A stretch of DNA of 64,000 nucleotides, from NCBI GenBank assembly GCA_963662275.1, contig OY759316.1, positions 3,264,001 to 3,328,000 on the forward strand. The letters are read 5' to 3'. The position numbers and the translations under genes were made by a program. Of this stretch, positions 37,790 through 47,987 are shown in pieces. A model generated the notes under the pieces. It was not told where the DNA came from, made no database searches, and worked only from the letters and a program-made list of their open reading frames with translations. How positions within the stretch are numbered: the first letter of the stretch is position 1; every line of letters begins with the position of its first letter. This stretch comes from Candidatus Cloacimonadales bacterium (GTDB lineage Bacteria > Cloacimonadota > Cloacimonadia > Cloacimonadales > DAONDQ01).

Positions 37790-37837
37790 TTTCTGAATCT
37801 GTGCAATATTTGAATGGATAGACACACGGGTCTATCC

Positions 37838-39391
37838 CTACTTTAGCAATACCATCTTCTTCGTCAGTTTGCATGCAGGTGTATCCAGACGATACAGGTA
37901 AATACCGGAGGCAGCTTTCCTTCCTGAATCATCTTTGCCATTCCAGGCTGTATCATGCCTGCCGGTCGTTGTGATACCATTGACAAGAGTACGTACCTTC
38001 TGACCTCTACAGTTATATATGGATAAATTGGCATGCATGTCTTTGGCGAGAGTGAAGGAGATATGAGTATCCGGATTGAAAGGATTTGGATAGTTTGCAT
38101 CTAATTCAGTCTCTAATGGAATTAAGGGAGTTCCTTCACCCGCTTTAAAAGAGAAATAGAGATAAGAATCAATATCCCTGAGATGAATTTTCCTTTTTTC
38201 AAAGACCATTTTATTCGGATTAAAGACTGTCCAGCTATTCTGCAACTTTGTACCACGATCTCCATAAGAGAATACGATTTCTATATCCGCTTCCGGATCA
38301 GACTTTGTTTCATCCAGTAAATATGCATTTATTTCAAGGGTGTCACTATCCACTTTTGCAGCCCCTTTACAAACTCCATCCACCATTATTCCAACTTCTA
38401 CAGGTACGTCCTGCGGATCTAACTCCACAAACACAGGCAGATAATCCAGCTTCTCCTTATAAGTGAAAATCTCAGCTTTCTCTCGTATTACAGGCGGACG
38501 GCTTGTTGACGGAATATTCCAGTACATTTGAGCAGGTGCATTGCTGAAAGCTTTCACAGCCACCATTTCACCACAGGATAAGGTGGGATGACCGACCGGA
38601 ATTCCCCAGGCAGCGCCGGGTTTGGGCATGATCCTGCGGGTTGCCCAGTTCCTGGTCTTAATCTCATACAGATAATCAAGATAAGTATGGGTCAAATCCC
38701 CGGGAATATGTTTCTTAAAAGCATCCATCAGATTTTGTGTCTGCTCCGGGAACCAGCCCAGCCAATATTCTCTGACTGTATTGGGATTGCTTGGAATTGT
38801 CAATGCCAGAGGAGTGGTATGAGCATCAGGATATAACCCGCTGATATGGAGACTATCAATATAGGGAGTACTAAATTGAACTTTAAAACCAATAGGGGCA
38901 AATGCTCTATAGCTTGCATTTAACCATTGGAACCCATCATTATAGACACTATTGAAAAATCCTCCGTAATTTGACTGGGCTGTAATGAGAGATGGAATAT
39001 TGCCCATATAACTTCCCAGCAATTTTCCAATTTCATTTTTATAATGACTTGCTATAAATGTTCTATCATCCAATACTGGAAAACTGCACCAGATAATACT
39101 GCTGCTTCCATCAGGATTTAGCTTGAAATAATCCCTTGTTTTATTCACATAAGGAGGAATATTCTGATCTGCACTCTCCGAATAAATGCTATCTCTGACT
39201 TCAACCAGTTGATTTTCTCTAACAGTAGAATCGAATATAACTGCCTGCCCGATTGTTTTAAAGGGGTAATCAAAGGAACCATCCTGTTGATTTAAGACGG
39301 TAGTCCCATCTACGTAAATTGTATGCACACCGTATAGGAAAGAAAAAGAAAGGCATAGAAATAGTAAAACAATTACATTTGATGTTTTTAT
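37838..39391 (-). CDS. Secreted protein with FlgD-Ig/Por-type CTD; ATA at the expected start; possibly degenerate
   Basis: AAGGAGG-N5-ATA then a signal peptide; DGSFDYPFKTI; NYPNPFNP CTD. Confidence 0.7.
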   Translation of the reverse strand: MKTSNVIVLLFLCLSFSFLYGVHTIYVDGTTVLNQQDGSFDYPFKTIGQAVIFDSTVRENQLVEVRDSIYSESADQNIPPYVNKTRDYFKLNPDGSSSIIWCSFPVLDDRTFIASHYKNEIGKLLGSYMGNIPSLITAQSNYGGFFNSVYNDGFQWLNASYRAFAPIGFKVQFSTPYIDSLHISGLYPDAHTTPLALTIPSNPNTVREYWLGWFPEQTQNLMDAFKKHIPGDLTHTYLDYLYEIKTRNWATRRIMPKPGAAWGIPVGHPTLSCGEMVAVKAFSNAPAQMYWNIPSTSRPPVIREKAEIFTYKEKLDYLPVFVELDPQDVPVEVGIMVDGVCKGAAKVDSDTLEINAYLLDETKSDPEADIEIVFSYGDRGTKLQNSWTVFNPNKMVFEKRKIHLRDIDSYLYFSFKAGEGTPLIPLETELDANYPNPFNPDTHISFTLAKDMHANLSIYNCRGQKVRTLVNGITTTGRHDTAWNGKDDSGRKAASGIYLYRLDTPACKLTKKMVLLK

Positions 39392-39594
39392 AATGACCTC
39401 CTTAATTAATAATAGGTTAAAAGCAGATGTTTCAATGTCAAGATAAATATTCAGCCCTAAGAGCATTACGGTAGCAATACGGTAGCATTACGGTAAAAAA
39501 CCGTATTGCTACCGTAATGATATAGTAATCATACCATATTTGAAAAAGCTGACAAGTAACAAGTAATAGCTAACGTGTTCAGAAAAGAACAGAA

Positions 39595-39700
39595 GTAGAG
39601 ACGCCCAAATTGGGCGTCTTGTACAATTCGCAGACAAGAAGAGACGCCCAAATTGGGCGTCTCTACAAGTGGAGGACAGACACGCGGGTCTGTCCCTACA
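39595..39700. repeat. Cluster of GTAG-type REP palindromes
   Basis: GTAGAGACGCCCAAATTGGGCGTCT...AGACGCCCAAATTGGGCGTCTCTAC; GGACAGACACGCGGGTCTGTCCCTAC. Confidence 0.85.
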
Positions 39701-39707
39701 AGATTTT

Positions 39708-41288
39708 TTATTTCAATAAGATCATTTTCGACTGGATCATTTTCCCTCTGCATTCCAGACGGGCAAAATACATACCACTGGATACATGTTGATTTTGATC
39801 GTTCCTGCCATCCCAACTGACTTGCTGGAGACCTGGCACTTGATGACCATTGAATAGTGTTTTAACTAATTGACCTTTGAGATTATATATACTGAGAGCT
39901 GCATCTCCCGGTTGCTTCACATCATAGCTGATCGATGTTGAGCCGATAAAGGGATTTGGATAATTTCGCAGGAAGACTGTTGGCGCAATTGGATCCGATG
40001 TAGCTGTACCTGTAGTTCTCACTACGATCCTTTTTGAATACCAGCTCTTAATACTATCTGAATCTACCGCTGCAACCTGGATTGCATAATAAGTTCCGGA
40101 AATCAAATCCGATATTGTGGCTGCTGCCCTGGCATCATTATTGATATTCATCGAATAAGGCAGAATCACTGCTAGAGTATCTGGTCCATAATTTACTTCG
40201 TAATGATCCACATTCGATTCTGGATTTTCAAGCCATTGAATTGAAACGACATTGTTTCCAATTACCGTAGAAACAAGTCCAAGCGGTGGAGTAAGTGGTG
40301 CTTCAATAACTGGGACATTAAGCCAGGGAGTAAAATTGACATCACCAATAATGGTATCTCCTAATCCACTAGGATTTACTGATACATGATAAGGACCGCT
40401 TGCTGCTCCCCACCAATTGTTTTGCACAGTTACCGGAGCTGCGTTATAGAGTTCCAGACCGGCATTATCATTGTCGGTAATATTGCTGTTTTGCAGGATG
40501 ACGCTTCCATCGTGAACAACTAGGATACCTTTGTAATTATCTGTAATTGTTGAAAGCGAAATAGTAGGATTACATACTTCTCCCAAGTGGATCGCAGCAG
40601 TTCCCCAAAAGCGATTTCTTGCTATTGTACAATGGTTTAATTGAAAATAGACTTGATATCTGCCATAGATACCGGCTGCATAGGAACCACCTGTAGAATA
40701 TAGCGTGTTATCTGCGATGACACAATTGTTAAAAGTTGGTGAAGACCCTGGATCGATATGAGCACCTCCACCAGAATATGCATTATTGTGAACGATGATC
40801 ACATTTTCCAGGAGAGGGCTTGCTTGATTGCAATATAGTCCTCCTCCTGCACCAACACCGGCTACAGAGACTGAGTTGAAGGAAATAATCAGATTGCGAA
40901 GAGTTGGAGCTGCATAAACGCAACAGATTCCTGCGCCATTCATTGAGCCATAACCATTGCGAATCGTGAAGCCGGATATGAGAGTAGCTCTGGAAATGAT
41001 ACGTGCGTCCCAAGATGAAATCATACCGATCACCCTGCTGAGATGATTGCCATCTATAATGGTGTTTTCCCGAGTACCAGAGCTGATCAGGGAAATACTG
41101 TCAACCTGGGGCCAATTAATATTCTCCAGGTATGTACCTGGGGCAACAAGAACTGTATCCATTTCGGTACTCGCATTTAAAGCAGCCTGGATGGTGGTAA
41201 ATTCACTCGGAACATGGCGAGTGACAGCCATCATCGAAGCCATGAAAAAAGACATCATTAGAATCAGAATAAAGATAGATAGTTTCAT
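39708..41288 (-). CDS. Secreted beta-helix plus FN3 protein with FlgD-Ig/Por-type CTD
   Basis: HVPSEFTTIQAA, DTVLVAPGTYLENI, GGGLYC repeats, NNWWG..SGP, NYPNPF CTD. Confidence 0.88.
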   Translation of the reverse strand: MKLSIFILILMMSFFMASMMAVTRHVPSEFTTIQAALNASTEMDTVLVAPGTYLENINWPQVDSISLISSGTRENTIIDGNHLSRVIGMISSWDARIISRATLISGFTIRNGYGSMNGAGICCVYAAPTLRNLIISFNSVSVAGVGAGGGLYCNQASPLLENVIIVHNNAYSGGGAHIDPGSSPTFNNCVIADNTLYSTGGSYAAGIYGRYQVYFQLNHCTIARNRFWGTAAIHLGEVCNPTISLSTITDNYKGILVVHDGSVILQNSNITDNDNAGLELYNAAPVTVQNNWWGAASGPYHVSVNPSGLGDTIIGDVNFTPWLNVPVIEAPLTPPLGLVSTVIGNNVVSIQWLENPESNVDHYEVNYGPDTLAVILPYSMNINNDARAAATISDLISGTYYAIQVAAVDSDSIKSWYSKRIVVRTTGTATSDPIAPTVFLRNYPNPFIGSTSISYDVKQPGDAALSIYNLKGQLVKTLFNGHQVPGLQQVSWDGRNDQNQHVSSGMYFARLECRGKMIQSKMILLK

Positions 41289-41448
41289 ACGAGCCTCCTT
41301 GTTTATATTAGGTACTAGGTACTAGGTGCTAGGTACTAGGGGCTAGGTGCAGAACAGACACGCTTCTTAAAAAGCGCAGTGAATCGGGAGGGTTTACTAC
41401 CGCAAAACCCTACTCTGCAATTTTTAATTCTTACTTTTTAATTCTTAA

Positions 41449-41949
41449 TTAGAATTTTAACTCCAGCCCTATCTTCTCATCCTCATATTTCAGATGGATT
41501 TCTTTCCGTTTCTTGTCAAAATTATAGAGATCAGCATCCACATAGGCATCGATAATTGATAAAAAAACAGTAGCTCCAATCCAAAAATAATCACTTTGTC
41601 TTCGATTATAATTAAGTTGATACTCACCCTGATAAAAGGAATAATTCCCGGATGCAGCATTATTCGCTTTATCATAATAATAATTTATCTGATTTGTATG
41701 ATAGATTGCCAAGCCTACAAAGGTTGCTTCCGATGCTAAAAAAACCGCAGATTTTACATAAGCATGATTGTAAAATTGCCCCCCCCCGGGAAGAGCGGCA
41801 GATAGCAATCCTGCTTTTAATGAACTGCGACCGGTATCGAAGGCAGACAGAGGGATAGAAAGAGTCATGAGCAGTATTAAAATAATGAGAATATGCAAAC
41901 CAGAAGATTGGAATCTTATGCCACGTATGAAAGCCAGAAAATAACGCAT
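41449..41949 (-). CDS. DUF5683-like membrane protein
   Basis: SAALPGGGQFYN, SIIDAYVDADL. Confidence 0.75.
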   Translation of the reverse strand: MRYFLAFIRGIRFQSSGLHILIILILLMTLSIPLSAFDTGRSSLKAGLLSAALPGGGQFYNHAYVKSAVFLASEATFVGLAIYHTNQINYYYDKANNAASGNYSFYQGEYQLNYNRRQSDYFWIGATVFLSIIDAYVDADLYNFDKKRKEIHLKYEDEKIGLELKF

Positions 41950-41950
41950 A

Positions 41951-42898
41951 TTAATTTACCTTCAGAAGTTCGCGTAAACTTAATAAAAAGAGTGGGATCA
42001 TAATCTCGTGATGCCCAACAAAATAATATCCTTTTCCTCCAGTCATCGTGGGACGATCAACAATATTCGTTTGTGGACGATATTGCATATTCATATCGAA
42101 AACTGCTGTATAAAAATCTTTTAATGGATAGCCCAAGTTCCTGGTCACGGTGATAGCTTTCAAAAATACTTCCGGCAGAATAACAGCAGAACCAAAATTG
42201 AGGAAAACACCTCCATCATTGAGCGCAATTAAAGAATTACAGAAAATACGGAAATCACGCAGGGAACAGTCACCAATTGCTTTTCCATTAGCTGAAGCAT
42301 GTTGGTGTATGATATCTGTGCCAATGGCAACATGAACAGTAAATGGAATTTGTTTTGAATACGCTGCCGATAATAAGGATAATTTTTTAAATGGAGCATT
42401 GGATTCACTGATGGCTTTTCCGACTGACTCTCCATAACCAAGCTCTTGTGCAGAACCATTCGAAATAATTGTATTAATGCCATCTCCTGTTTCGATAGAC
42501 ATACCAAATGATCCATCAGCCAAAGCAATGGCAACATCCTCAGATGTATTCCCAAAATTAGCAATTTCATAATCATGGATGACAACTGAATTGTTGGACG
42601 CAATTCCTTTGATAACTCCCATATTAATTAAGTCAATCAGCAGCGGGGCAAGCCCGCATTTGATAACATGCCCACCCACTCCTATGAGGATTGGTTTCCC
42701 TTTCTTTACGGCATTCACACAATGATCCAGTAATTCTTGCATGTCGGCAGCTTTGAGGATTTGGGGAACACATTTCCAGAATGAAGCTAAATCAGTATGA
42801 TAAACTTGAGCGAATTCTGCCTCATTCACTTTTGAGGTTCTATCCATGATAGAATATCTTTTTAAATGACTGAGATCTATCTCATTAAATTGACTCAT
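41951..42898 (-). CDS. Conserved hypothetical protein, deoxyhypusine-synthase-like fold
   Basis: GGHVIKCGL, TSEDV, G.FGM..ETG, GTDIIHQH, GSAVILPEVFLKA, GHHEIMIP. Confidence 0.7.
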   Translation of the reverse strand: MSQFNEIDLSHLKRYSIMDRTSKVNEAEFAQVYHTDLASFWKCVPQILKAADMQELLDHCVNAVKKGKPILIGVGGHVIKCGLAPLLIDLINMGVIKGIASNNSVVIHDYEIANFGNTSEDVAIALADGSFGMSIETGDGINTIISNGSAQELGYGESVGKAISESNAPFKKLSLLSAAYSKQIPFTVHVAIGTDIIHQHASANGKAIGDCSLRDFRIFCNSLIALNDGGVFLNFGSAVILPEVFLKAITVTRNLGYPLKDFYTAVFDMNMQYRPQTNIVDRPTMTGGKGYYFVGHHEIMIPLFLLSLRELLKVN

Positions 42899-43149
42899 TC
42901 AATATCCTTTTGCTATATATCATGTTAAAAAACTTTTTATATATTGCAGCAGGCTGTCAAGGATATTGTGTTGAACGCTATTTATTAGATAGACTATGCA
43001 CTCCTCCAGGTAATATCATGAAGAATCTATTACTGATCAAGTTACAAATCATAGCAATTCCTGTAAGGAATGGATAAAATAATACTTGCCAGAACAAAGG
43101 CTCCCTTTAGGTTGTCGCAAGTTTCTAAAAATATATAGATTAGGAGGTT

Positions 43150-43449
43150 ATGATGTCCGAGAAAAAGAAGAAAGATGAATGCGGTTGTGGACATGATCAT
43201 GGTGTAGAAGATATGCAAACGATCGTCATGACAAATGATGACGGTACGGAAATGGAGTTTGATATTCTTGGAACTTTAGAACATAAAGCCAAGAAATATA
43301 TTGCTCTTCTTCCTCGTAATTTCATGGTTTATGAATATAAAGATAAAGGTGAGGGCATGGAACTTATCGATATCGAAGATGAAAAGATCATGGAAGAAAT
43401 CGGGACTAAATTCGAAGCTATGTTATGTTGTGAAGAAGAAACTGAATAA
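43150..43449 (+). CDS. DUF1292-like acidic protein with N-terminal CGCGHDH motif
   Basis: AGGAGG RBS; DDGTEMEF, KYIALLP, LIDIEDE. Confidence 0.75.
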   Translation: MMSEKKKKDECGCGHDHGVEDMQTIVMTNDDGTEMEFDILGTLEHKAKKYIALLPRNFMVYEYKDKGEGMELIDIEDEKIMEEIGTKFEAMLCCEEETE

Positions 43450-43472
43450 TAAACCGCATACCTAAATAGATT

Positions 43473-43504
43473 AACCGCAACTCTCAAGGTTGCGGTTTTT
43501 TTTT
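43473..43504 (+). terminator. Intrinsic terminator between convergent genes
   Basis: AACCGCAAC-7nt-GTTGCGGTT plus T run. Confidence 0.85.
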
Positions 43505-43519
43505 GGGTGCATAAGTTGT

Positions 43520-45901
43520 TTATAATAAACTGACAGGATCTATATCGATTGCCATCTTAATGGAGGCAGGTAATTTCATCATTAGTCTCAAACGTTCTAC
43601 AGCTTCAGAAAGAATACTGACATTTTGTGCCTTCAAGATCAGGTGGTATCTGAATTTGTTCTGGAGTTTGGTGATGGGAGCAGGGACAGGACCTAAAATA
43701 AATAGTCGTTTATCCGGAAATCTCTTTTGCAGGCTGGAACTGATCTTTCGTATTAATTCCAGGTTCGTATGAAGAATCTGCTCATCTTCTCCAGTAAATA
43801 GTACTCTACCTAATCTATAATATGGCGGATAATGAAGTTGCTCCCTAAATCCAAGTTCTTTTTCTGCGAAAGCCCTGAAATTGTGATTCCTGGCATACTG
43901 AATGGCATAATTATCCGGATTAAATGTTTGGATAATTACTTCTCCTTCCTTATCTCCCCTACCCGATCGACCTGCAACTTGCGTCAGAATCTGGAAGGTT
44001 TTTTCACCTGCTCGGAAATCAGGAACACTCAAGGAAAGATCTGCAAGAATCACTCCCACTAGTGTCACATTCGGAAAGTCTAAACCTTTTGATATCATTT
44101 GAGTGCCGAATAATATATCTACTTCATTCAAGCGCATCGCATTGAACATATAAGAATAACTATCTTTTTTGGTGGTGGTATCAGAATCCATTCTTAAAAT
44201 ACGGGCAGTTGGAAAATATGTACGAAGCTGTTGCTCCACTTTCTGTGTTCCGGCAATACCAAAAGTGAATGTATGATTTCCACATTTTGGACATTTTCTC
44301 GGGAGAGCAGACTGGTATCCGCAATAGTGACAGAGGAGGTTTTCAGTATGCCTATGATAAAACAGGCTGACATCACAATCCGGGCATTCCAGCAATTCAC
44401 CGCATTTCTGGCATTGCACAAAGGAGGCATATCCCCTACGATTCTGTAATAAAATGACCTGTTCTTTCCTGTCTAACCGATCTTGTATCTTTTGTAGTAA
44501 TTGATCAGAAAACAATGCTTCCTTGGCTGAATCACGCATATCCACAATTTGGACTTTAGGTAAAATTGCTGTAATCGGTCTGTTTTCCAAAATAAGAAGT
44601 TTATATCTATTCTTCTGAACATTGTACCAGCTTTCCAGGGAAGGAGTAGCACTTCCCAAAACAACGACAGCATCATTGTATTTTGCTCTTAGTATAGCTA
44701 CATCCCGGGCATTATACCTTGGTGACTGTTCCTGCTTATAGCTATTTTCGTGCTCCTCATCTACGATGATCATCCCGACATCCGATAAAGGTGCAAATAC
44801 AGCGCTCCTGGCACCGATAACAATCCTGCTTTTCCCTGAATAAATATCCTTCCATTGTTCAAAACGTTCCCGTTCACTCAATTGACTATGGAGAATTGCA
44901 ATCTGTGCTCCAAAAGCCCGATAGAAACGATCAACCATCTGTGGTGTCAGTGATATCTCAGGAATCAGCATAAGCACATTTTTTTTCATTGTAAGGCATG
45001 TTTCTATGCAGCGAATGTAGACTTCTGTTTTACCGCTTCCAGTAATACCGAAGAGGAGATAAATCTCATTTGTTCCCAAGCTGGAGCGAATCGTCTCAAC
45101 TGCATTCTTTTGTTCATTTGAAAGATTAAGAACTAATCGAGGTTGTTTTTCTTTTGGCAGCAATTCATTTCTTATTTCCATCTCACGCGGTTCTATGTGA
45201 AGTAAACCCTTTTTCGCTAGAGCATGAATGATCGAATAACTAAAAGCATCTGCCACCTCCGCCATGGGAAAATCATTTCCAATTGAGTGAAAAAAGTTGT
45301 ATGCTTCTTCTTGCTTGCCAGTTAATGAAGGCATTTCATCAACATGTTCCAAGACAATATAGTTAGCTTTCTTGGGTTTAATGCGTTCATCATAATTTCT
45401 TTTTACCTGGATAATATTCTCATATTCTGCATCTTCCAATATCTTGAAAAAAGTATCACCCTTATAGCGATCATGAATTTCCGTCATTTTGAACCAATCA
45501 TCATGATCAAAGCAAAGCAGTAATTTGCTGTATTTAGGATTATGATCAATTTTATCCGTTTTTCGAATCCTGGTGATAATATCTAAATGAAGCGCTGCCG
45601 GTAAAAGAGCAAAGATCGCTTTACCTGGTTCACAATGATAGTATTTAGCCATCCAGATAGCTAGTTTGATCAAATCCGGTTTTAGAATAGGCTCATCATC
45701 GACGATTTCGGAAATGTATTTGTATTTTATTCTGGTATCAATTTCTGAAGCAGCTAATTCAATACCTACAATACCTGTTTTCAACATACGATTAAAATGA
45801 ACGATAACACGAATACCTGTCTTCAGTACATGTTCTGAAATATAGGTGTAGGGTTGATCAACATCTATATTTAAGAAAACCTGGTAATAGTATTTTTTCA
45901 T
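43520..45901 (-). CDS. priA: Primosomal protein N'
   Basis: GITGSGKTEVY, PEISLTPQ, DEEHE, NRRGYA, four CxxC, GTQMISKGLDFP, QVAGRSGR. Confidence 0.97.
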   Translation of the reverse strand: MKKYYYQVFLNIDVDQPYTYISEHVLKTGIRVIVHFNRMLKTGIVGIELAASEIDTRIKYKYISEIVDDEPILKPDLIKLAIWMAKYYHCEPGKAIFALLPAALHLDIITRIRKTDKIDHNPKYSKLLLCFDHDDWFKMTEIHDRYKGDTFFKILEDAEYENIIQVKRNYDERIKPKKANYIVLEHVDEMPSLTGKQEEAYNFFHSIGNDFPMAEVADAFSYSIIHALAKKGLLHIEPREMEIRNELLPKEKQPRLVLNLSNEQKNAVETIRSSLGTNEIYLLFGITGSGKTEVYIRCIETCLTMKKNVLMLIPEISLTPQMVDRFYRAFGAQIAILHSQLSERERFEQWKDIYSGKSRIVIGARSAVFAPLSDVGMIIVDEEHENSYKQEQSPRYNARDVAILRAKYNDAVVVLGSATPSLESWYNVQKNRYKLLILENRPITAILPKVQIVDMRDSAKEALFSDQLLQKIQDRLDRKEQVILLQNRRGYASFVQCQKCGELLECPDCDVSLFYHRHTENLLCHYCGYQSALPRKCPKCGNHTFTFGIAGTQKVEQQLRTYFPTARILRMDSDTTTKKDSYSYMFNAMRLNEVDILFGTQMISKGLDFPNVTLVGVILADLSLSVPDFRAGEKTFQILTQVAGRSGRGDKEGEVIIQTFNPDNYAIQYARNHNFRAFAEKELGFREQLHYPPYYRLGRVLFTGEDEQILHTNLELIRKISSSLQKRFPDKRLFILGPVPAPITKLQNKFRYHLILKAQNVSILSEAVERLRLMMKLPASIKMAIDIDPVSLL

Positions 45902-45908
45902 AAGATAT

Positions 45909-45935
45909 AAAAAAGCCCCCTATACAGGGGGCTTT
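45909..45935 (-). terminator. Intrinsic terminator closing the ExbBD/TPR operon
   Basis: Stem AAAGCCCCCT/AGGGGGCTTT with 4-nt loop, then a T run on the minus strand. Confidence 0.75.
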
Positions 45936-45948
45936 AAATCCCTTTTTA

Positions 45949-47430
45949 TCAATTCTTGATAAATTGATAACTGAAGATATAAGTAACTTGTTTATTAACC
46001 GGTATCTTCCACTTCATAATGACTGCTTGCGCCTTTTGCAGGAAAGAATCCGTAAAATAACTACCTGCTTTCGGTTTTATTTCAACACCGGCAATTGCAC
46101 CACCTTCATTGATATATATAGTGAATTCAAGAGCACCATACATATCACGAATCTGTGATTCTGTAATAAAAAGATTCTGAAGTTGCGGTTTGTAAGTAGA
46201 AACATAATTGCGTACATTGCCTAACTCAGCTTTAACAGCCGGTGAACTTGAGGCAATTTCTGTTTCCTTCACTGCTACAATACCAGCAGAAACGAATCGA
46301 CTGCGAACCGCACCAATCTGAGAACTTGAAACGATTCTCTGGGCTTGTATCTTTCCAGTCTTTCCACCAAGAGCAGATGCATCGATTTCTTTATAACCAC
46401 GCGCTCCGGCAACATTAATATTTCCTTTGAAGAGTTCTCCAACATTCTGTGCACTTCTGCTACCTGTGGGAGCTACATTGAAGGCAGAGGCTGCACGGCT
46501 TCCACCACCGGCAGTTCCTGGACCAGGACCAACGCCACCTTTTCCTTTTCCACCACCACCGCCACCGCCTAGACCTTGGGCAACAAGATCACGTTCTGTT
46601 GTGACAGCAATAACTCTGGCAGAGCGGGTTTCACCAGAAGATTGTGTGGCACCCGGATTAAAACCAAACTTGCTTTCAATAGCACCAGAATTGACGTCAG
46701 TACTTTTTGTTTGCTTACCCTGGGAAGCAGCATCCTTTTTTGCATTCGCAGCAGCTTCAGCGGCAGCTTTTGCAGCGGCTTCAGCAGCAGCTCCAGCATT
46801 CTCAGCTTCCGTACTCTTTTCTACCGTCTTCTGGACTTCTGCTGTAACATATTGTGCCATTTTCTGGGAAGCTTCTAAACGATTTTGCAGAGTGTTTTCA
46901 ATGACCTGGGGTTTGTAAAACATATTAAACAACAACATGCCAGCAACTGTAAAGATCACACCGGCAACTAAAAGGTTCCTGGAGAATCTTGCTTCTGCTG
47001 TCGTTTCAGTTTTATGAGAAAGCTGACTGATCACCTGCCTTTGTTCAGCAGTAAATTCTATTTTGTATGGTACTTGAAATTCATAGGCGATTTCCCAATT
47101 CTGTGAAAAGCTGATAGAACCTGTTGTATCTGGTGCTAATGTCAATTGACTTCCACTGATTAATTGAGCCTGCTTCAGTTTGCTGGAATCAAGGACTTGA
47201 TCACCTTTACGAACACTAACTTCCATACCTTGATGAAGATTTAGAACAAATTTATCATTTTCACATTGTACTAAAAGGAATTTATCTGGGAAATTTGGAT
47301 CTAGAATCTGCCAAAACAAGTTTTTATTACTTCCGATATAGAAGCTTTTCAAGAAGTCTCGTTTATATTTTGCAATATCGAGGTTCTTTCCCTTATAATT
47401 CAATTTGATGTTTAGAACTTTTTCTGCCAT
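45949..47430 (-). CDS. GltG/AgmX(PglI)-like energy transducer: cytoplasmic N-domain, single TM, Ala/Gly-rich linker, TonB-C-like domain
   Basis: TM near aa 150-170; AAAEAAAKAAAEAAA; GGGGGGGKGKGG; C-terminal G.LEFTIYINEGG.I..VEI...IMKWKIP. Confidence 0.65.
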   Translation of the reverse strand: MAEKVLNIKLNYKGKNLDIAKYKRDFLKSFYIGSNKNLFWQILDPNFPDKFLLVQCENDKFVLNLHQGMEVSVRKGDQVLDSSKLKQAQLISGSQLTLAPDTTGSISFSQNWEIAYEFQVPYKIEFTAEQRQVISQLSHKTETTAEARFSRNLLVAGVIFTVAGMLLFNMFYKPQVIENTLQNRLEASQKMAQYVTAEVQKTVEKSTEAENAGAAAEAAAKAAAEAAANAKKDAASQGKQTKSTDVNSGAIESKFGFNPGATQSSGETRSARVIAVTTERDLVAQGLGGGGGGGKGKGGVGPGPGTAGGGSRAASAFNVAPTGSRSAQNVGELFKGNINVAGARGYKEIDASALGGKTGKIQAQRIVSSSQIGAVRSRFVSAGIVAVKETEIASSSPAVKAELGNVRNYVSTYKPQLQNLFITESQIRDMYGALEFTIYINEGGAIAGVEIKPKAGSYFTDSFLQKAQAVIMKWKIPVNKQVTYIFSYQFIKN

Positions 47431-47438
47431 AGAACCCC

Positions 47439-47978
47439 CTACAGTTTCAAGACTTTGTCTTTGATGTCGCCTTTTAGAGTGGAGAAATAGATACTAGTAA
47501 AACGCGAGGCGACACTGACGTTAACGATTTCTGTAATATAGTTACACAGAACTGTATCATCTGCCTGTATCATTAATACAGGCACTGCTTTGGGATTATT
47601 AGCCATGATTTTTGATGCTTGATCAGTCAGGAATGACAATATATTCTGACGAGTCTTTTCATTGGTTATAAGATCTTCCAGACTCCCTACATTAATGTTA
47701 TCAGAACCAAGAAGAATTTTATCAGGATATACTTTCAAAATCACTGTATCAGCATCTTTCTGTAAATCTTCAACGTTCATAGTCGTAGGAAATTTCATAT
47801 TGGGAGGAACGGAAACCCTTTGAACTTCCATTGATACATTTTTTATTAGAAAGACCAGGAGAATAGTCAAAACATCCGTCAATGATGTGATATTCAATTT
47901 GGGTGCTTTTGCGACCTTTCTCCGGACTTTGCGGTTTGTATCATGTCTGTTAATTCGTTTTTTTGCAGTATAACTCAT
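47439..47978 (-). CDS. ExbD/TolR-family protein with conserved TM Asp
   Basis: LNITSLTDVLTILLVFLIK; IQAD. Confidence 0.85.
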   Translation of the reverse strand: MSYTAKKRINRHDTNRKVRRKVAKAPKLNITSLTDVLTILLVFLIKNVSMEVQRVSVPPNMKFPTTMNVEDLQKDADTVILKVYPDKILLGSDNINVGSLEDLITNEKTRQNILSFLTDQASKIMANNPKAVPVLMIQADDTVLCNYITEIVNVSVASRFTSIYFSTLKGDIKDKVLKL

Positions 47979-47987
47979 GACATCATC

